Assembly (NCBI GenBank): GCA_030696525.1
Contig: JAUYSB010000187.1
Span: 290-64,289, forward strand
DNA: 64,000 nucleotides
Direction of reading: 5' to 3'
From: Hydrogenophaga sp.
GTDB lineage: Bacteria > Pseudomonadota > Gammaproteobacteria > Burkholderiales > Burkholderiaceae_C
Shown here: positions 18,012 through 27,830 of the stretch, piece by piece
How the letters are laid out: every line of letters starts with the position of its first letter
How positions within the stretch are numbered: the stretch's first letter is position 1
The notes under the pieces: generated by a model
The model's input: only the letters and a program-made list of their open reading frames with translations
Database searches by the model: none
Told to the model about the DNA's origin: nothing
Position numbers and translations under genes: made by a program

Positions 18012-18084
18012 GGATAGTGTTCAAAACCCCGGTCACGCGCTGTACCGCGAGTTTGCTGGCCTCTCCAGTGTCGAGTGCATCCCC

Positions 18085-18351
18085 GCGCTTGGTTTTATGC
18101 TACATGACAATGGCTCGGGTAGCCACCTGATCGCCGTGGGACACGTCTCGGACCTTGAGTGAAACAAGGTCACATCCGCGCAGCTTGCTGTCGATACCAA
18201 GGTTGAAGAGTGCGAGCTCGCGGACCCGGCCCTCCATCTGCAGACGTACGCGCAGGGCCCAGATGTCCTTCACCTTAAAGGGGGCCTTTTGCCCGACGAT
18301 CTTGCCCCTGTTCCACGGCTCGTGATGAACAGTATTGCCTGAGGTTTCCAT
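18085..18351 (-). pseudogene. Truncated tyrosine recombinase/integrase (PWNKG-type N-terminus)
   Basis: PWNRGKIVGQK...LFNLGIDSKLRGCDLV...RAIVM*HKTKR; nonsense codon at 18100-18102, then similarity stops; no C-terminal HxxR/Y catalytic part. Confidence 0.85.
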
Positions 18352-18590
18352 GATGGTCTCCCATCGAGTTGAGGGACCCAGAGCATGCGCTTTTGGAGCA
18401 CCGGTATGTTGTGCGCTGCATCAAGGCGGAAAGGCGCAGTGCGGCGGTACGGGTGACTGCGATTGGGCAAAGCGGCCAACCTGTACTTTCGGCTAGGAGC
18501 GGCCAGCGGCCGTGCTGCACCGGTTGGCTCTTGGAGGCAGAGTGTTGCCGTTCAGAGTGAGAGATTGAGCGGCAGCTAACTCCACGCTGG

Positions 18591-19115
18591 TCACGCATGG
18601 TAGATGGTCTGTACCGAGGGCGGCTCTCGCAGTGTGCTCATGACCACGCAGCAGCGTTCCGCCGCGACGCGCAGCTTCTCCACCATCTCGGGGGGTGTCC
18701 CTGCCCGGGCTTGCAGGTGGACCTCGGAGGTGATGGACTGGAAACCGACAGGAACGTCCTTTTGAATACCCAGGGCGCCGCGCACGTCCACCGTGGCCCG
18801 GACGTTGACCTGCAGCGCGGTCAGTTCAATGCCCATGTTGGCTGCGACCAGCCGGATGGATGAGTCCTGACAGGCGGCCAGTGCGGCGCACAGCAGATCG
18901 CCGGGGCATGGCGCGTCGTAGGGTCCACCCACGGCGCTGTGCACGCCCACGGTCACGGCCGTGTCGCCGCCGGTCTTGGGTATGACCAGTGAATGAAACG
19001 GATCGGCCAGGTCGGTGCTGCGGGTGCTGGCATGGTCTGTGACCATGGCCAGGGCCGGGTTGGCCTTGTACTGGGCGCGCAGGCTGGCCTGGGCTTCTTG
19101 TAGGCTGTGGGTCAT
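18591..19115 (-). CDS. OsmC-family protein
   Basis: PCPGDLLCAALAAC and ERCCVV Cys motifs; DVRGALG; GGAGA RBS before ATG 19115. Confidence 0.85.
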   Translation of the reverse strand: MTHSLQEAQASLRAQYKANPALAMVTDHASTRSTDLADPFHSLVIPKTGGDTAVTVGVHSAVGGPYDAPCPGDLLCAALAACQDSSIRLVAANMGIELTALQVNVRATVDVRGALGIQKDVPVGFQSITSEVHLQARAGTPPEMVEKLRVAAERCCVVMSTLREPPSVQTIYHA

Positions 19116-19173
19116 GTCGTTTCTCCGTAAGGGTTGGGGTGGCTCCACCTTATCGACCGGGCCCGCGCAAGGC

Positions 19174-19206
19174 CTTTAAAGTTCCTAAAAATCGGCTAAA
19201 AGATGG
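19174..19206. promoter_or_regulatory. Three imperfect 11-bp direct repeats, candidate operator for the adjacent wHTH regulator
   Basis: ctttaaagttc / ctaaaaatcgg / ctaaaagatgg in the divergent intergenic region; 11-bp phasing fits OmpR/PhoB-type wHTH binding. Confidence 0.4.
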
Positions 19207-19233
19207 CAAGGGCGCTCGCCCTGAGGTACCCAC

Positions 19234-20763
19234 ATGCAGGATCGCTATCCGTTTGACCGCTTCGAAGTCCGACCGACCGAGCGCCTGTTGCTGGTCGATG
19301 GCCAGCCAGCTGAGGTGGGCGCCCGGGCGTTTGACCTTCTGCTGTGCCTGCTGGCCAACCGCGAGCGGGTGATGACCAAAAGCGAGCTGCTGGACCTGGT
19401 CTGGCCGGGCCTGGTGGTGGAGGAGAACAACCTGTCGGTGCAGGTGTCTGCGCTGCGCAAGCTGCTCGGGCCCCACGCGATTGCCACCATTGCCGGGCGT
19501 GGCTACCGGTTTGTGCTCGACGTCAAACCGGGCAACGTGGCGCTGCAAGACGAGGCCCATCGCCCCCCGGTCATCGCCACACGGCCCACCATCGCGGTGC
19601 TGCCGTTCAGCGTGTTGTCGGGCGATCCGTTGTTGCCGTTCTTGGCCGACGGTCTGGCCGAGGACGTCATTGCGCTGCTGGCGCGGGTTCCGGGCTTCAC
19701 CCTGATTTCGCGCGCGTCGTCCTTTGCCTTTCGCGGCCATGCGGTCACGGTGCCGGAAGTGGCGCAGCAGCTCGGCGTCCGGTTTGTGGTGGAGGGCAGC
19801 GTGCGGCTGCGCAACGACGCGCTGCGGATTGCCACCCAGTTGATAGACGCCGCCACCGGCCACGTGTTGTGGAGTGGCCGCTTCGATCGGCGGCGCGATG
19901 AGGCGGTGGATCTGCAGGAGGACATTGCGCGAGGCATCCTCTCGGAACTGGAACCCGAACTCACCCGGGCCGAGATGGCGCACATCCGCCGCCAGCGCCC
20001 GGAGAACCAAGACGTCTGGGCCCATTACCACCAGGCGGTGGGCTCGCTGGCGCTGCAGGGCTGGAGCCGGGATGCCCTGGCCGAGGCGCGGCAGCGCCTT
20101 CAGACCAGTGTGGGGCTGGATCCCACGTTTGGCCTGGGCCACGCGCACTATGCGCTGCTGACGGCTTTGTCCATGAACATTGGCGCGCTGCCCAACGAGC
20201 CGGGCCTGGCGCAAGAGGCGCTGTTTGCCGCGCGCCACGCCATGGTGCTGGACGATGGCAGCTCGGAAGTGCTGGGCTATGCCGGCTGTGCGCTGTGCGA
20301 CCTGGGTCACCACGAGCAGGGCGTGGAGGTGTTGCTCCGGGCGCTGGAGATCGACCCCAGCAACGCCCAGGCCCATGTGGCGCTGGGTGCTTCGTGGGTG
20401 CTGAGTGGCCAGCTCGAAGCCGGCATCGAGAAGATGCGCTACGGCATGAAGATCAGCCCGCGCGACCGCCGCCTGGGCTTCTGGGGCTGGGCGTTGGGCA
20501 CCTTTTTGCTGCGGGCCGAGCGATTGGACGAGGCGCTCTCGGAAGCGCGCGCATCGAGCCGCCGCGATCCCCAGTTTCCGCTGCCGCGCGTGCTGGAGGC
20601 GGCCATCCTCGACCGCCAGGGTCAGGCCGCAGAGGCCCGGGCGGCGCTGGCCTGGGCCCGCCAGCTGAGCCCGACACTCAGCCTAGACGCCGTTGCCCTG
20701 ACCCACGGCCGCCACGTGGGCAAACGCCTGGCCTTGTTGTGGGTGGCGGGCAATACCCCCTGA
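19234..20763 (+). CDS. Transcriptional regulator: OmpR-type wHTH + TolB-like + TPR
   Basis: RAFDLL...ELLDLVWPGLVVEENNLSVQVSALRK...GRGYRF; IAVLPF; LGVRFVVEGSVR; TPRs. Confidence 0.9.
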   Translation: MQDRYPFDRFEVRPTERLLLVDGQPAEVGARAFDLLLCLLANRERVMTKSELLDLVWPGLVVEENNLSVQVSALRKLLGPHAIATIAGRGYRFVLDVKPGNVALQDEAHRPPVIATRPTIAVLPFSVLSGDPLLPFLADGLAEDVIALLARVPGFTLISRASSFAFRGHAVTVPEVAQQLGVRFVVEGSVRLRNDALRIATQLIDAATGHVLWSGRFDRRRDEAVDLQEDIARGILSELEPELTRAEMAHIRRQRPENQDVWAHYHQAVGSLALQGWSRDALAEARQRLQTSVGLDPTFGLGHAHYALLTALSMNIGALPNEPGLAQEALFAARHAMVLDDGSSEVLGYAGCALCDLGHHEQGVEVLLRALEIDPSNAQAHVALGASWVLSGQLEAGIEKMRYGMKISPRDRRLGFWGWALGTFLLRAERLDEALSEARASSRRDPQFPLPRVLEAAILDRQGQAAEARAALAWARQLSPTLSLDAVALTHGRHVGKRLALLWVAGNTP

Positions 20764-21243
20764 AGGTAGTTCGCCCGGACTGCCAAGTCCGTTGCGCGGG
20801 AAAACAGACTATCCCGACTGAGCACGCGGTGCTGCAACGCCCACATGGACCATCCGCTACTTGACACCGACCACTTGATCATCGGTATGGCGACACAGTG
20901 TTCTCGCGTGTGAGCTGGGAGCTGAGTTGACGCTGTCGCTCGACTTCGTGAAGTTTTCTTCACCAGTGGTCTGTGACGTCGGTCGACGATCTCGACGCAC
21001 GTCAAAGGGCAATGAAGCCCCAAAACTGTTGGAGCATATTGAACGGCCGCTGTAAGCCGTACTGCCGCCATTCACAACTGGTGATTCGACCGATCGCTCC
21101 CGCTGCATAAGCGACCTTCGGCTGCCCCAGATAGCGGGCTCACATGAGCCCACCGCAAACGGCCTCCGAACGCCAGCACCTACCGCCCCACGGCACAATG
21201 GCTCCGCACCCACCGGGCGGTGCACAGATCAGAGAGGTTTCAC

Positions 21244-21588
21244 ATGGGCTGGTTTTCCAAGAGCGACAAAGACTTTTTCCTGTCCACCACCACACCCGAG
21301 GGCATCACGCGCGGGCAGTACCTGGGCGTGGTCAACGGCGAGGCGGTGATTGGCGCCAACATCTTCCGCGACATGTTTGCCTCGGTGCGCGACGTGGTGG
21401 GCGGGCGCGCCGGTGGTTACGAGCGCGCGCTGTCGGGCGCGCGCGATGCGGCCATTGAAGGCCTGATCGAAGCCGCCAAAGAGATGGGCGCCAATGGCGT
21501 GATTGGTATCGACTTCGACTACGAGGTGCTGGGCGAGACCAACGGCATGATGATGGTGGCCGTCAGCGGAACGGCGGTGAAGCTCTGA
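21244..21588 (+). CDS. YbjQ/UPF0145 family protein
   Basis: GVVNGEAVIGANIFRDMFASVRDVVGGR...GANGVIGIDFDYE...SGTAV. Confidence 0.92.
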   Translation: MGWFSKSDKDFFLSTTTPEGITRGQYLGVVNGEAVIGANIFRDMFASVRDVVGGRAGGYERALSGARDAAIEGLIEAAKEMGANGVIGIDFDYEVLGETNGMMMVAVSGTAVKL

Positions 21589-22130
21589 TGACCCGCGCGC
21601 TTCTCGTTATCGACGTCCAGCAAGGCCTGTGCGAAGGCGAGGGCGCGGCCTGGGATTGCGCCAACGTCATCGTCCGCATCAACCGCGTGGCCGCACAAGC
21701 ACGCAGCATCGGGGTGCCCGTGGTCTTTATCCAGCACGAAGACGTCACCGAACTGGGTCACGGCAGCCGCGCATGGCAACTGGCCGATGGCCTGCTGGCC
21801 GAGCCTGGCGACCTGCGTGTGCGCAAGACCACGCCCGACAGCTTTTTGCGCACCGACTTGCAAGCCTTGTTGGCGGCCAGGGGCGTGAGTGAACTCATCG
21901 TGTGTGGCATGCACAGCGAGTTCTGTGTGGACACCACCACGCGCCGCGCGCTGGCCCTGGGCTACCCCGTCACGCTGGTGGCCGACGCCCACACCTCGGC
22001 CGGCAACGCGGCGCTCACACCGCAGCAGGTGATCGCTCACCACAACGCCACGCTGACCAACATCGCCAGCTTCGGCCCGCGCGTGCGGGTGGTGCCGTGT
22101 GATGAACTGGTCGCGACCCCGCTGCACTGA
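21588..22130 (+). CDS. Isochorismatase-family cysteine hydrolase
   Basis: ALLVIDVQ, KTTPDSF, SEFCVDTT. Confidence 0.92.
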   Translation: MTRALLVIDVQQGLCEGEGAAWDCANVIVRINRVAAQARSIGVPVVFIQHEDVTELGHGSRAWQLADGLLAEPGDLRVRKTTPDSFLRTDLQALLAARGVSELIVCGMHSEFCVDTTTRRALALGYPVTLVADAHTSAGNAALTPQQVIAHHNATLTNIASFGPRVRVVPCDELVATPLH

Positions 22131-22133
22131 GAT

Positions 22134-25100
22134 TCAGTGCAGCGGCGTCTGCCCTCGCACATACCCCACCTCCAGCAGCCCGCGCATGGCGTCTTTGGCG
22201 ACGGGTTGTGGGTAGTAGTAGCCCTGGGCCTTGTGCAGGCCGTGGCCGACCAGGAAGTCCACGTGTTCGGCGCTGCTCACGCCTTCGCACACCACGTCGA
22301 GCTGCAGGCTTTCGGCCAGTTTGATGATCATCTCGATGGTGGTGCGGCGCCCGGCGTCTTCGGTGATGCCTTCGACGAAGTAGCGGTCGATCTTGAGCCG
22401 CTTGGCCAGGGTGGCGTGCAGCCGGTGCAGCGATGACATGCCGACGCCGAAGTCGTCGATGCACAACATGATGCCCGCGTTGCGCAGCGCCTGCAGGTTG
22501 TGCTGTGTGGCCTGGTCGTCTTCGATGGCGGTCGATTCGGTGATTTCCACCGCCAGCTGTTCGGCGCGTATGCCATGGCGTTTCATGGCGTCGGCCAGCC
22601 GCTGGGCGTAGTCGGCGCGCTGGATTTCGATGGGCGAGGCGTTGATGCTGACCGAGCGGTTGTTCATCAGGCCCGACCACGAGGACATGGCCCGCAGCGC
22701 TTCTTCAACCAGCCAGTGGCCGAGCTCGTCGATCAGGCCGAATTCTTCGGCCACCTCCACCAGCTGGCTGGCGGGCACGTTGCCACGCGCCGGGTGCTGC
22801 CAGCGCACCAGCGCCTCGGCGCCCAGCAGCCGGTTGTCCCGCATGTCCACCACCGGCTGGTAGACCAGGTGCAGGCCGGTGTTGGCCAGCGCCCAGCGCA
22901 GGTCGCGTGCCAGCATCTCGCGGTCGAACAGGCGGCCGTGCAGTGAGGGGTCGAACACCGCCAGGGCGTGGCCACCGCGCCGGGGCAGCGTGGCCAGCGA
23001 GGCCTCGGCGTCGTGCAGCAGGGCGGCAGCTGGCGTGGCGCCGTCGTCTGGGCGCACGCCCGCGTCCAGGCTGAGCACACCTTGCGCCGCCGCCGGCAGG
23101 CTGGCGGCGACACGCGCAAACAGGGCGTGCACCTGCTTGGTCAGCGCGTCACGGCGCCAGCCGGTGAGCACCAGGCCGAGCACGTCGCGGTCCAGCCGGG
23201 CCAGGCCGGCCACGTGTGGGTCCAGGCGCAGCAGGGCGCGTGCGGCCGTGCTCAAGGCGGCGGCAAAGCCGTCCTCGGGCTGCTGGTCCAGGGCCACGAT
23301 GCTGCGAAAGCGCAGCACCAGCACCTGCATGTCGCGCGCCTCGCCACGGCTGCGCGCCATGGCCAGCTCGATCATGCCCAGCAGGGCCGTTCGGTTGGGC
23401 AGCCCGGTCTGAGCGTCGGTCAGCGATGTGGTGTCCAGTCGGGCCGCCAGGTCCGACAGGCGCATCTCATCGACCAGGGACTGCACGTGGCGCGGCCACT
23501 GCGCGTGCCACTGGCCGAAGGGGTCGGGTGCGCCGACGTGCTCCAGGTAGGCGGCGCCCAGCATCACGTCGCCGTGCCGCAGCGGCACGGCCACACCTGG
23601 CGCTGCGGCGGTGCTGTGGGAGGGCACGTGTGTGGCCCAGGTGGGCCAGGGCTGGTGGGCCAGATCGACCGCTTCGCCCCGCTCCGTCACGGCAGTGAGC
23701 AGGCGCAGGGGCAGCGTTTTTTCGACCTCCGGGGTGGCTGGCAGCCGCGCCACATGGGTGCCGCCATCGTTGTGCCGGGTGACGGACAGCACACTGGCTG
23801 ATGGCTTGTGGTAGAGCACCAGTCGGCGCGCGTGCAGCGCGTTGAGTGCCGCCTCGCCCTTGTCTTCCAGTGCCATGCCCAGGGTGATGGCGTGGGCGGC
23901 GTGTTCGTTGGTGTCTTGCGCCAGATTCAGGGCCACCATGCGGGTGCGCAGGCGTTGTGCCACCGCCGTGGCGCCCCAGGCCTGGTAGCCCTCGCAGGCT
24001 TCGGTGAGACGTTGCCGCGCGAGGTCGCGCAAACCCAGTTGGTGGCAGCAGGTGCCAGCACGCTCGCGGATCAAGGCCAGGTCGTGTTGCGCGCCGCTTT
24101 GGGTCGCCCACTCGCCGGCCGCCTCATAACGCTGAAGCGCAGCGGCCACATCGCCCATGACGCGCGCGCGTTCGGCCTGCAGCAGCAGGAACTTGTGTTT
24201 GTAGTTCGCCGGTGCCTGCTCGGCGGCGGCCCCGAGCTGCAAGGACAGGTCGGTGGTGGCCTGTATGGCCCGCCAGTTGGCGGTGACGTCGGCCACCGGA
24301 AAGTCCACCAGTTGGCCCAGGGCGTTGAACAGGCGAAGGTCCATGGACAGCAGGGTGGCGCTGCCGGTCATGGCGTGGCGCTCGGCGTTGGCGCAGGCCT
24401 GCCGCAGCTCACGCCAGTCGCCCCGGTGCCAGGCCAGCACGGCTTGCAGCGTGTGGCTGGTGAACAGGGAGAAGCTGTTGTGGGCCGCTTCCAGCCGGGC
24501 AATGTCCTGGCGCTCGTCAAAGTGCGCGCCCTGCAACAGCAAGGCGGTGTCGGCGTCCGGGTCTTGCAAGGCGGCCAGGAACTGCTGCCAGACCTGGCAA
24601 TGGCGCAGGGAAAAGTCGTGACCGAACTGCTCGACCAGACGGGTGTGCGCCGTGTGCACGTTGGCGAGTTCGTTCAGCGCCTGTGTGCCCCAGGCCTTGT
24701 CGCAATAGAGGAAGGCGCCGTAGCCCAGGTACTCCTGGTCGCCGCTGAGCAGGCAGTTTTCGATGGTGGCCAGCAGGGGTGTGAGGCTCTCGGTCACCGG
24801 ACGCGACCAGTGGCGCAAAAAGCCGTAGGCCAGGGTCTGCACCTTGCAGCGCCGGGTTTCATCCGTGTCGGGTTCGCTCAGGGCCAATGCCAGCGTGCTG
24901 GCGTCGAACCCGGCCTGCCATTGCCCGGTGCCACACAACACCAGCCCGAAGTTGGTGTAGCTCAGTGCGGTCAGGGGCGAGGCGGGGTGGGCACGGGCCA
25001 GCCCGACCATGGTGAGGATGACGCGGATGTAGCTGTCGAACGAGGTCACGTAGGCGCAGGGCGTGAGCCAGACCAGCACGCGCAAGGCGGCTTCCACGCG

Positions 25101-27707
25101 CGCGTCGGGCTGTCCGTCCAGCCGCAGTTCGCCCAGGCGGGGCACGGCGGGCCAATCGGTGGGCGGGGCCAGCGGCAACAAGGGCACGTCCAGGCGTGCC
25201 AGCGCCTGTTCGCCCAGTTGCAGGGCGGGCGCCATCTGGTTGCGCGCCATCAGCCCCTGTATGCGCAGCTCCAGCACGCGGGTGTGGTCCAGCACGTCCA
25301 GCGGCAGGGCGTCAAGCTGGTCCAGCAAGCCGTCGAGCGCGCTGAAGTCGGCCGCCAGGTAGGCCGCCTCGGCCGCCTCCAGCAGCAGCGGGAAGTGGTG
25401 CGCATCGGTGGCCCCCCCTGTCGGGGACGTGGCCAGCGCCAGGGCATGGCGGAAGTGGCCCAGCGCGGCGCGGGCGGCACCGCTTTGCCGGGCTTTGCGT
25501 GCGGCCTCGGTGGTGAGGCTGAGCAGCAGCTTGCGCTCGCGCACGGCCATCAGCGTGGGCGGCGCCAGGTGGAACTGCTGCACGATCTCGAACACATGTT
25601 CGTGCAAGGCGCCTTCGTCGCGGTATTTGGCCACCAGCGCGCGGCCTATGCCCATGTGGCGCTCGGCGCGGCCGCTGTCGCTCAGCTGCCGGAAGGCGGC
25701 CTGCTGCACAAAGTCGTGCACGGCGCGCAGGGCCAGCAGCGAGCGTGGCGCCAGGCCTTCGTCCAGCAGCACCAGCAGGCCTGCCTGCAGCGCCGGCCGC
25801 AGGGTGGACAGTGTTTCGTCGGCCGTGTGGCCATGCACGGCCGCCAGCGCCTCCAGGTCCATCACCGCGCCCAGCAGCGCGCCGGCGGCCAGCAGGTCCT
25901 GGCAGGCTTGTGGCAATTGCTGCAGTTGTTGGCTGGCCAGTGCCACCGGGGTGGCGGCCTCCAGGGCGTGTTGTGCCAGCGCCGGGGCCACGCGCCAGCC
26001 GGCGGTGGCGGCGTCAAAGTGCAAGGCCTGGGCCTGCTGCAGCACGCGCAAGGCCTGCAGCACGGCAAAGGGGTTGCCTGCGGTGGCGCGCGCCAGCGCC
26101 GGGGCCAGCGCGTACGCCTCGTCGTTGGCCTGCACGCCCGTCAGTGCCAGCAGCGCGGCGATGTCGGCTTCGCCCCAAGGCTGCATCGTGATCTGCCGCA
26201 AGCGTGCGTGGGTGTGCTGCAGGTCCAGGATCAGGTGGGTGACACCGTGGGCCGCGTCCACCGCCTCGCTGCGGTACACGCCCACCACCAGCAGGTTGTG
26301 GATGCTGGGACTGCGCACCAGGCCGCGCAGCAGCCGCAGCGTGGCGTTGTCGGCCCACTGGATGTCGTCGATCACCAGCACCAGCGGCGAGGCGCGTGTA
26401 GCCAGGGCCTCGATGAGCCGGCCCACCATGAGTTCGAAGCGCACACGGCTGGCTTCGCCGGGCAGCCGGGTCGGCTCGGGCTGTTGGCCCAGCAGCAGGG
26501 CCAGACGCGGCAGGAAGTCGAACAGCACCGCCGCCTGTTGGCCCAGCGCCCGCACGATGCGCTCGACCGCGGCTTGCCGCTGTGCGGGCGTGTCGGCCAG
26601 CAGGCCGGCGAGCACGCTGTCCAGTGCCTGCGCCAGCGCGCTCAAGGGGCGGCTGTCACCAAACTGGTTGAATTTGCCGGCGGCTACGGTGGCACCGTGG
26701 CGGCGCATGGCTTCGGCGGCGTCCTGCACCACGGCCGATTTGCCGCTGCCGGCCAGGCCATCGACGAGCACCAGCACCGGCTGGCCCTTGCGTGCCAACC
26801 CCGCACCATGTGCGCCGCCGCCGCCGTTGGCACCGCGTTCGCTGGCCTCGCCGTAGGCGGCCAGCAGGTCGGCCACCTGTTTGTCGCGCCCCAACCGGTG
26901 GGCGGGCAAGGGCAGGTCCAGCGGGGCGCCCAGGGCGTCGGCGCGCAGGGTTCCGCCGCCCCACAGGGCCTGCAGGTCGGTCACCGCTGCGGCCGCGCTG
27001 CGGTGTCCGCCCGGCAGGCCGGCAAAACACAGGCGCGCCATGGTGTCCAGGTGGGCGAGCGACAGGCCGGCAATCGCCTGCGGATGCCAGAACGCGCTGG
27101 TGGCCTCCTGTGCCCGGGGATTGGGGTCCGGCATGGCCTGGCCGGTGGACAGCTGGTAGAACAGCGCACCCAGGGCACGCAGGTCGCCCAGCGGGGTGGC
27201 GGGTGGGGTGTTGTCGCTGGCCGCTGTGCCGGCGATGGCGACACAGCGCACAAAGCGGGCCTCGCCAAAATCCAGCAGCGACACCGCACGGCTGGGGGCG
27301 TGCCACAGCACGTGCTCGGCGTTGACCGCGCCGTGCGCGATGCTCTGTGCCTCCAAGGCCGCCAGCACCCGTGCCACGCCCAGCGCGATGGTCTGCGCCA
27401 GGGCCGGCGCAGCGCGCGGGGCGCCCGCCTGCAGCAGGCTTTGTGCGAGCGACGTGCCTGGCTGCCAGGGCAGGCGCAGCACCAGGTCGTCGCCGTCTTT
27501 TTCCAGACCCCAGGGGCTGGCCACGCCGGACAGGTCCAGTCCTGACGTGATCAGGTAGTGGTTGCGCAGGCGCCTGCGCAGCGGCGCAAATTCGGCTTGT
27601 GGCCCTGCCCGTTTTTCCACCCACAAACGGCCTGCGCCGTCACATCGCGCAGGCGCTTGGCGTTCGGCCAGCGGCAATGGCCCATGCTCCGCATGGATTG
27701 ATTTCAT
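22134..27707 (-). CDS. Multidomain signalling protein: pseudokinase + STAND/AAA ATPase + helical region + GAF-like + degenerate GGDEF + EAL
   Basis: HGAVNAEHVL and LLDFG; GLAGSGKS; LVIDDIQWAD; TGLPNR with DRDVL in place of GGDEF; EALVRW, EITE, DDFGVG, LKID, EGV. Confidence 0.85.
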   Translation of the reverse strand: MKSIHAEHGPLPLAERQAPARCDGAGRLWVEKRAGPQAEFAPLRRRLRNHYLITSGLDLSGVASPWGLEKDGDDLVLRLPWQPGTSLAQSLLQAGAPRAAPALAQTIALGVARVLAALEAQSIAHGAVNAEHVLWHAPSRAVSLLDFGEARFVRCVAIAGTAASDNTPPATPLGDLRALGALFYQLSTGQAMPDPNPRAQEATSAFWHPQAIAGLSLAHLDTMARLCFAGLPGGHRSAAAAVTDLQALWGGGTLRADALGAPLDLPLPAHRLGRDKQVADLLAAYGEASERGANGGGGAHGAGLARKGQPVLVLVDGLAGSGKSAVVQDAAEAMRRHGATVAAGKFNQFGDSRPLSALAQALDSVLAGLLADTPAQRQAAVERIVRALGQQAAVLFDFLPRLALLLGQQPEPTRLPGEASRVRFELMVGRLIEALATRASPLVLVIDDIQWADNATLRLLRGLVRSPSIHNLLVVGVYRSEAVDAAHGVTHLILDLQHTHARLRQITMQPWGEADIAALLALTGVQANDEAYALAPALARATAGNPFAVLQALRVLQQAQALHFDAATAGWRVAPALAQHALEAATPVALASQQLQQLPQACQDLLAAGALLGAVMDLEALAAVHGHTADETLSTLRPALQAGLLVLLDEGLAPRSLLALRAVHDFVQQAAFRQLSDSGRAERHMGIGRALVAKYRDEGALHEHVFEIVQQFHLAPPTLMAVRERKLLLSLTTEAARKARQSGAARAALGHFRHALALATSPTGGATDAHHFPLLLEAAEAAYLAADFSALDGLLDQLDALPLDVLDHTRVLELRIQGLMARNQMAPALQLGEQALARLDVPLLPLAPPTDWPAVPRLGELRLDGQPDARVEAALRVLVWLTPCAYVTSFDSYIRVILTMVGLARAHPASPLTALSYTNFGLVLCGTGQWQAGFDASTLALALSEPDTDETRRCKVQTLAYGFLRHWSRPVTESLTPLLATIENCLLSGDQEYLGYGAFLYCDKAWGTQALNELANVHTAHTRLVEQFGHDFSLRHCQVWQQFLAALQDPDADTALLLQGAHFDERQDIARLEAAHNSFSLFTSHTLQAVLAWHRGDWRELRQACANAERHAMTGSATLLSMDLRLFNALGQLVDFPVADVTANWRAIQATTDLSLQLGAAAEQAPANYKHKFLLLQAERARVMGDVAAALQRYEAAGEWATQSGAQHDLALIRERAGTCCHQLGLRDLARQRLTEACEGYQAWGATAVAQRLRTRMVALNLAQDTNEHAAHAITLGMALEDKGEAALNALHARRLVLYHKPSASVLSVTRHNDGGTHVARLPATPEVEKTLPLRLLTAVTERGEAVDLAHQPWPTWATHVPSHSTAAAPGVAVPLRHGDVMLGAAYLEHVGAPDPFGQWHAQWPRHVQSLVDEMRLSDLAARLDTTSLTDAQTGLPNRTALLGMIELAMARSRGEARDMQVLVLRFRSIVALDQQPEDGFAAALSTAARALLRLDPHVAGLARLDRDVLGLVLTGWRRDALTKQVHALFARVAASLPAAAQGVLSLDAGVRPDDGATPAAALLHDAEASLATLPRRGGHALAVFDPSLHGRLFDREMLARDLRWALANTGLHLVYQPVVDMRDNRLLGAEALVRWQHPARGNVPASQLVEVAEEFGLIDELGHWLVEEALRAMSSWSGLMNNRSVSINASPIEIQRADYAQRLADAMKRHGIRAEQLAVEITESTAIEDDQATQHNLQALRNAGIMLCIDDFGVGMSSLHRLHATLAKRLKIDRYFVEGITEDAGRRTTIEMIIKLAESLQLDVVCEGVSSAEHVDFLVGHGLHKAQGYYYPQPVAKDAMRGLLEVGYVRGQTPLH

Positions 27708-27830
27708 CCTGACCCCCTGACTGTTTTTGGTATCGCCAAAACAGTGTAGGTGTGCTTGGGCGCTTTGTCAGGTATTGTGAAATTGTGGGTCGAAACCGTG
27801 CATATTTGCCATTTTTGAGTGGCGCCAGGG

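Larger units (their letters stand above)
1..18351. mobile_element. Accessory genomic island (left end outside window; accessory material may extend to ~21150)
   Basis: Visibly more AT-rich than the backbone after 21.2 kb; content is defence/signalling genes; integrase remnant at the right end. No att site identified. Confidence 0.6.

Noticed and set aside
18012-18084. Possible tRNA-derived att site beside the integrase remnant
   Set aside because: No T-arm (GTTCGA) or cloverleaf, and no duplicate found in the window.
20857-21225. 122-aa minus-strand ORF
   Set aside because: No recognisable motif and it runs through the palindromic sites; may be debris.
23808-27545. 1245-aa plus-strand ORF
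   Set aside because: Antisense shadow of the STAND-EAL gene, typical of high-GC DNA.
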